DNA from: a bacterium
GTDB taxonomy: Bacteria > SAR324 > NAC60-12
Assembly (NCBI GenBank): GCA_965205865.1
Contig: CBDBHR010000029.1
Coordinates: 817,334-881,333 of the forward strand
Length of the DNA stretch: 64,000 nt
Direction of reading: 5' to 3'
The position numbers and the translations under genes are program-made. Each line of letters begins with the position of its first letter. The stretch's first letter is position 1. Positions 59,063 to 64,000 of the stretch are shown piece after piece. Below the pieces are notes generated by a model. That model worked only from the letters and a program-made list of their open reading frames with translations, did no database searches and had not been told where the DNA came from.

Positions 59063-60281
59063 CGAACTCCTCTCCAACTCTCGCAGTCTGATTGCCGGCA
59101 AAGATAGCAATCGGGCACAACCAAACCAGGAACAGGACAGCAACCAGGAACAAGTCCCAATAACGCAGCCCAATTACGACGTCGAGAAAGATCCGGACAG
59201 TGGTCTCGAAGCCGAAAAAGACGATCCGGAAATAAAGATCGAACGCCCCTTTGATCCTGAGAAAATTAAGGTTCGGACTACCACTATCGTCGTGGAATTG
59301 CTGGTTTCGAGACTCTCATATAAAGAGATTGATCTGGAACCCGACTTTCAACGTTCGTTCGTTTGGGATGACAAGCGCAGATGCCGGTTGATAGAATCCC
59401 TTCTCTTGCGCATTCCCATCCCTGTTTTTTATGTGGCTGCGGATGAAAATGAAAATTGGTCCGTAGTCGACGGAGTTCAGCGCATGTCGACCATATATAA
59501 ATTCGTGAATGGTGAATTTCCACTCAGTCAACTCGAGTATCTCTTACAACTCGATGGACTGAAATACAGCGCCCTTCCGCGATCGATGCAACGGCGGATC
59601 AACGAGACGCAACTTGTCGTGAATATCATAGAACCGGGCACGCCGGAAGACGTGATGTTCAACATTTTCCGGCGCATCAACACTGGTGGCATGACGTTGA
59701 AGGGACAAGAAATCCGTAATGCTCTGCATCGCGGTCCGGTCCGGCAATATCTGAAAGAACTCGCAGAGACCGAGGAATTTCTCGATGCCACGGATCGTTC
59801 GATCAAAAAAAACAGAATGGCCGATCGCGAATGCGTTTTACGCTTCCTGGCATTTTACATCGATCGCTGGGAAGACTATGGCGCTAATGAACTTGATGGC
59901 TATCTCAACTGGACCATGACGAAGATAAACGGAATGACGTTGGAACAATGCGACGCAATTGCCAAAGATTTTAAAAAAGCCATGCAAGCAGCTTGTGACA
60001 TTTTCGGCCAAGACTCGTTTCGTAGACGTTACAACCGGAGTGATTCCCGTCGTCCCGTCAGCAAGGCATTGTTCGAAGCCTGGAGCGTTCGATTGGCGCG
60101 CTGCTCACCCGAGCAGATCAACAGGCTGGTCAAAAGACGGGAGGAGGTCATTGATCAATTCATATCGCTTATGAACCGAGACAGGGAATTCGATAAAGCG
60201 ATCTCATCTTCGACCGGAATACCACGGCATGTCAAAAAACGCTTTAGCACGATCGAAAAGTTGGTTGGGGAGATGGTGTAA
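59055..60281 (+). CDS. DUF262 (ParB-like/GmrS) protein, NsnA-like
   Basis: PDFQRSFVW, LIESLLLRIPIP, VVDGVQR, FRRINTGG. Confidence 0.9.
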   Translation: MTDELLSNSRSLIAGKDSNRAQPNQEQDSNQEQVPITQPNYDVEKDPDSGLEAEKDDPEIKIERPFDPEKIKVRTTTIVVELLVSRLSYKEIDLEPDFQRSFVWDDKRRCRLIESLLLRIPIPVFYVAADENENWSVVDGVQRMSTIYKFVNGEFPLSQLEYLLQLDGLKYSALPRSMQRRINETQLVVNIIEPGTPEDVMFNIFRRINTGGMTLKGQEIRNALHRGPVRQYLKELAETEEFLDATDRSIKKNRMADRECVLRFLAFYIDRWEDYGANELDGYLNWTMTKINGMTLEQCDAIAKDFKKAMQAACDIFGQDSFRRRYNRSDSRRPVSKALFEAWSVRLARCSPEQINRLVKRREEVIDQFISLMNRDREFDKAISSSTGIPRHVKKRFSTIEKLVGEMV

Positions 60282-61405
60282 TGCTCAGCAGTATCAAACT
60301 TTCAAATTTCAAGTGCTTCCAAAGTCTGGAGTTGAATTGTGCTCCGCTTACGCTCTTGAGTGGCTTGAACGGTATGGGAAAAAGCAGCGTGATTCAGGCG
60401 TTACTTATCTTGCGACAATCGTTTCTATCGGGAGACCTGACTGACGGTAAGTTAGTCCTGGGCGGAGAACTCGCGGACCTCGGGACCGGCGTGGACGTGC
60501 TCTTCGAAGACTCGGAGAGTGATAGCGTCGGATTTGAGCTCCATAGTGACAAAATTCGGACCCCATGGGCACTCGCATTCGATTATTCGAAGGCCACCGA
60601 TCAATTGTCCGTTAGCTCCGCTCACCCGAATAGGACCACTCCTCTGGTACCGGCGGCATGGAGTGAAGTCCCGCCTTTTGTGAGCCTGATCTATATCGAT
60701 GCGGAACGGATCGGCCCTCGAAAATTCTATCCACTTTCGGAAACCCGGGGTCGCCGAGGCGACTTCGGAGCGGGCAGTGAATACGCCTTGAATTACTTGA
60801 ACCTGCATCAGGACGAGCGACTGCCGGATGAAGACCCACGTTTCCCCGACACTCGCAGTGGCCGTTTGATCAGCGTCGTCAATCGGTGGTTACAGGAAGT
60901 GACTCCGGGCGCCGAACTGCAACTTGAAACCGTTTCCGCTGCTGATGCCCTGATCGCTGGTTTTTCATTCGATCGACCGGGAGACATCGCAACGCGGCGC
61001 TATCGCACGACGAACGTGGGATTCGGTTTATCTTATACGTTGCCGGTGTTGCTCGCTCTACTGGCGCCTGTGGGTACGTTATGCTTGATTGAGAATCCCG
61101 AGGCGCACCTGCATCCACGCGGGCAGACCAAACTGGCGGAGCTTGCGGTCCGCGCCTCCCTGGCTGGCGTTCAGGTGGTCGTCGAAACCCACAGCGACCA
61201 CTTCATAGACGGAGTTCGTATTGCCGTCCGAGAGAAACTGATACGTCCGCAGGGAGTTGAATTTCACTACTTTGAGCGCATGGACGGCATGACCGTCGTT
61301 TCCTCGCCGCAAGTCGATACGGATGGGCGTTTGTCGTCATGGCCTTCCGGCTTCTTCGAGCAGCACGAAGAAAATCTGGCGAAACTCCTTGCCCCACGGT
61401 CCTGA
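60281..61405 (+). CDS. ABC/AAA ATPase + DUF3696, NsnB-like
   Basis: GLNGMGKSS, NVGFGLSY.LP, IENPEAHLHP, ETHSDH, G....WP.GFF.Q. Confidence 0.9.
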   Translation: MLSSIKLSNFKCFQSLELNCAPLTLLSGLNGMGKSSVIQALLILRQSFLSGDLTDGKLVLGGELADLGTGVDVLFEDSESDSVGFELHSDKIRTPWALAFDYSKATDQLSVSSAHPNRTTPLVPAAWSEVPPFVSLIYIDAERIGPRKFYPLSETRGRRGDFGAGSEYALNYLNLHQDERLPDEDPRFPDTRSGRLISVVNRWLQEVTPGAELQLETVSAADALIAGFSFDRPGDIATRRYRTTNVGFGLSYTLPVLLALLAPVGTLCLIENPEAHLHPRGQTKLAELAVRASLAGVQVVVETHSDHFIDGVRIAVREKLIRPQGVEFHYFERMDGMTVVSSPQVDTDGRLSSWPSGFFEQHEENLAKLLAPRS

Positions 61406-61406
61406 C

Positions 61407-62330
61407 ATGCGAGAGATGGTTCTTAATCATGCGAGCGTTGTATCGCCCGATAGCCACACAGCCGTTGAATGGCTGAAGGACGTAGGTACCGGTATGGCGC
61501 AACTCGTCGCCAAAGGTGTAGCAGAATCAAGTCTGAGGATGTGCCGTCACCCATCCGAAATCAACTGCGTGCTCGGTTGTTCATTATTCGATGCTTACCT
61601 GGAGTTACTGAAGGATGGAGATCGGGACAAGGGTAAATTCCTCATGCGTCTGAGCGAGAAACGTCCGCTTCTGAGCGACGTCGAGTTGGATGTCAAGGAC
61701 CGGTTTCTTGCTTGTGAGGCAAAAGATTTGTCGCCGGAAAACGGAGAACCGCTGGTCTTGTGTGCCATCACTGATTGGATTGCAGTCGGGTTTCCGTCGG
61801 CTCCGGGTTGGGATCACGACTGCCTCACGGTCAGCTTCAACGAGCTACTGCCCGACGGCAGCATTGAGGAAACCTCCGAAACAATAGACAATCTCACTCG
61901 ATCCGTTCATGCTTTGTCGATTTGCGAGCGTCGCCATGCTATCCTTCTTCGTTGCCTAAGTCCCTTGGCATTGTGGGAGCGAAGGGAAGAGGTGTTCCAG
62001 AATCTTATTTTCGGGCCGGACGTAAAAATAGACCCAGAGTTTTTTGGGCCTACTGTCAAAAAGTTTATTGCCCTCGACGAATCGGCCGCTAAATGGCGCA
62101 AGGTCGGAGGGAGTGTGCCTCCATGGACTTGTACGGTAACACCCGAAACCGTCAACCTGAAGAATAATCCTAAACTCCGTGAGGCGCGCCGATTCAAATC
62201 ACAGGCTGGTACGCGAGAACTATTCGACTGGCATGCCAAATTCAGCAATGGCCGACGCATTCACCTTCGTTTCAATGCGGACTCGCGAAAAATCGAAATT
62301 GGGTACATAGGTCCCCATCTGCCACTCTGA
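61407..62330 (+). CDS. Putative effector with C-terminal RelE/colicin D-like RNase motif, NsnC-like
   Basis: C-terminal FDWHAKF...RIHL......IEIGYIGPHLP; ATG follows the ATPase stop. Confidence 0.6.
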   Translation: MREMVLNHASVVSPDSHTAVEWLKDVGTGMAQLVAKGVAESSLRMCRHPSEINCVLGCSLFDAYLELLKDGDRDKGKFLMRLSEKRPLLSDVELDVKDRFLACEAKDLSPENGEPLVLCAITDWIAVGFPSAPGWDHDCLTVSFNELLPDGSIEETSETIDNLTRSVHALSICERRHAILLRCLSPLALWERREEVFQNLIFGPDVKIDPEFFGPTVKKFIALDESAAKWRKVGGSVPPWTCTVTPETVNLKNNPKLREARRFKSQAGTRELFDWHAKFSNGRRIHLRFNADSRKIEIGYIGPHLPL

Positions 62331-62390
62331 GGTTTGCTGCAATCGATTTCACAGTCAATTCGGGTCGGAACAACACGAATACAGCCTATA

Positions 62391-62599
62391 TAGTGCTTGG
62401 CAGAAAAATATTCAAATTGCTGATATTAAATGACATTTCTTCAATTTCATAGGATGAAGATTTGTTTGATACAGTGTTCAGATGGCAAAAATCAGCAAAA
62501 AATGGGATTTTTGATAAGTTTTCCAAAAATCTTCGTTTCTTGAAAATAGGTGAATACCATTAAATATCATGTAGTTATCTAATTTTCGGCCAAGCACTA
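62391..62599. mobile_element. MITE-like element with 42-bp imperfect terminal inverted repeats
   Basis: Left tagtgcttggcagaaaaata..tgatattaaatg versus reverse complement of right tagtgcttggccgaaaatta..tgatatttaatg; AT-rich non-coding interior. Confidence 0.65.
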
Positions 62600-62719
62600 G
62601 TTAGATCCTAGCCGAAAAGGTATTTTTTAGAATTATATCTTTAACTTGAGGTTAGAAAGTGCCATAATTCATTGAAATAACTGTGAATAACTTCAATATT
62701 AAGAATTATGGCACCCAAA

Positions 62720-64000
62720 ATGAAACCATTCATTCGAGCAGAAAAACATCTTTTTTTAAGCGCTCCTGATACAGAATTTGAAAATTTCTTATCAGAACTT
62801 GATCAATTGTCTGAGCGAGAGCCGGAGATATTGGACAAAATTGAACAGGATTTGGAGAAATACGCAAGAAATAAAAAGAAAGAGCGTTTAGAGGATAAAC
62901 GATGGCAGGAAGCCCGGAATCCATGGCTTCCTCATCTTCCCGTAGAAGATGAGGAATTGAAGCCGGAAGAACTGAGGCTGGAAATAGGGTGTCCTCGGAT
63001 GTCGGCTTTTTTAGTCTACCTTTTTATGATGATTCGGGGATACTTAGGAAGTATCAAATCCCAAACGGCCCAAATATTTCTTTCAGAGTCAATCACACTG
63101 CATCTGCTTCTGCTCAACCGTGGATTGAAAATGCCGGGAGCGAGTACAATCCTTGATAATGTCAATGCTGTCAGCAACGAGACCAGACAGTTTATTTTCG
63201 ATGCTCAAATTCGAATGGTTCTCAATAAAGAGTTGGACGATTTTGATATTTTAAAACTGGATAGCACCTCTGTAAAAGGAAATACAGCTTGGCCTACTGA
63301 TTCGTCGATATTGACTCGTCTCGTGGAGCGAAGCTACCATCGAGGGCGTTCCCTTGATACATTTGGAATCGCTAAGATCAGTGAAAGAAATTTTGATTTC
63401 CTCATCAAGGAGATGAATAAGCTCTCTAAGATGATTGCTTTTGAGACAGGTAAAAAGGACAGTAAAACGAAGCGAAAAAAACATTACAAAACCCTATTGA
63501 AGAAAGCTCAAAGCGCTCATGGGAAATTTTTAAAAGAAATGGCAAAGGTGGATATCCGTGCCCAAAAAGCTCTTCTCCCCCCTTCTCGGAAAACGCGTTT
63601 GATTCGCCTCATTGAAATGATGAATGAAGATATTTCTAATTTGCAACGGGTAATCATCTACTGTCATCAAAGAGTTTTTGAAGAAAAGAAGGTTCCTTCC
63701 ACTGAGAAAGTATTGAGTCTTTCCGATCAGAGCTCGGCTTATATTCAAAAGGGAGATCGAGAAGCGCTTATCGGATATAAGCCTCAATTAGGAAGGAGCG
63801 GAAATGGTTTTATTTCCGTGTTAATTACTCCGGAGGGCAATGCTGCTGATTCAGGGCAACTCGACCCTGCCCTTGTTGAACATTTGCGATGCACCATCAC
63901 CATTCCCTCTGAAGTGAGCCTTGATGATGGATATGCCAATCAGGCAATCAGAGAAAAGTGGATGGGCAAAGGCGTTAAGGTTTTTAGTATTAGTGGGGCA
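62720..64000 (+). mobile_element. ISNCY/IS5-like DDE transposase, runs off the window end (absent from the ORF track because it has no stop)
   Basis: Frame MKPFIRAEK...KLDSTSVKGNTAWPTDSSIL...IQKGDREALIGYKPQLGRS...DDGYAN. Confidence 0.85.

Overview
Bacterial chromosome segment of moderate GC, deltaproteobacterial/SAR324-like in gene content (taxonomy is a guess). Left to right: a small decayed accessory patch (transposase relic, palindromic repeat, frameshifted FN3-like gene, secreted EEP nuclease); dcd-mnmH-hicB; a fused indolepyruvate oxidoreductase; tldD-rsmH; gabD; the tRNA(Thr,Tyr,Thr)-rpmG-tRNA(Trp)-secE-nusG-rplKAJL cluster, which lacks tuf and tRNA-Gly and is not followed by rpoB; a 2-oxoacid:ferredoxin oxidoreductase with CBS domains; recR; an 11-gene non-canonical Sox-like cluster (TauE, YeeE, beta-propeller, SOR-like SoxY, SoxB, SoxZ, cytochrome c, DUF302, SCO, thioredoxin; no SoxAX or SoxCD); a xanthine-dehydrogenase-family operon; an Rrf2-sir-cysH-tusA operon; argH and metabolic genes; and a GC-richer defence island at about 51.6-62.3 kb, followed by a MITE and an ISNCY-like transposase that runs off the window. 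Top leads: (1) an 818-aa protein ending in an archaeal/eukaryotic ribosomal protein eL13-like domain, translationally coupled to a Menshen-like DUF262 / AAA-DUF3696 / RelE-like triad; (2) a dispersed 36-bp repeat family (7 copies, 4 loci) that inserts in frame into genes in different reading frames; (3) the atypical Sox-like module. All calls come from reading motifs by eye; no searches were run.
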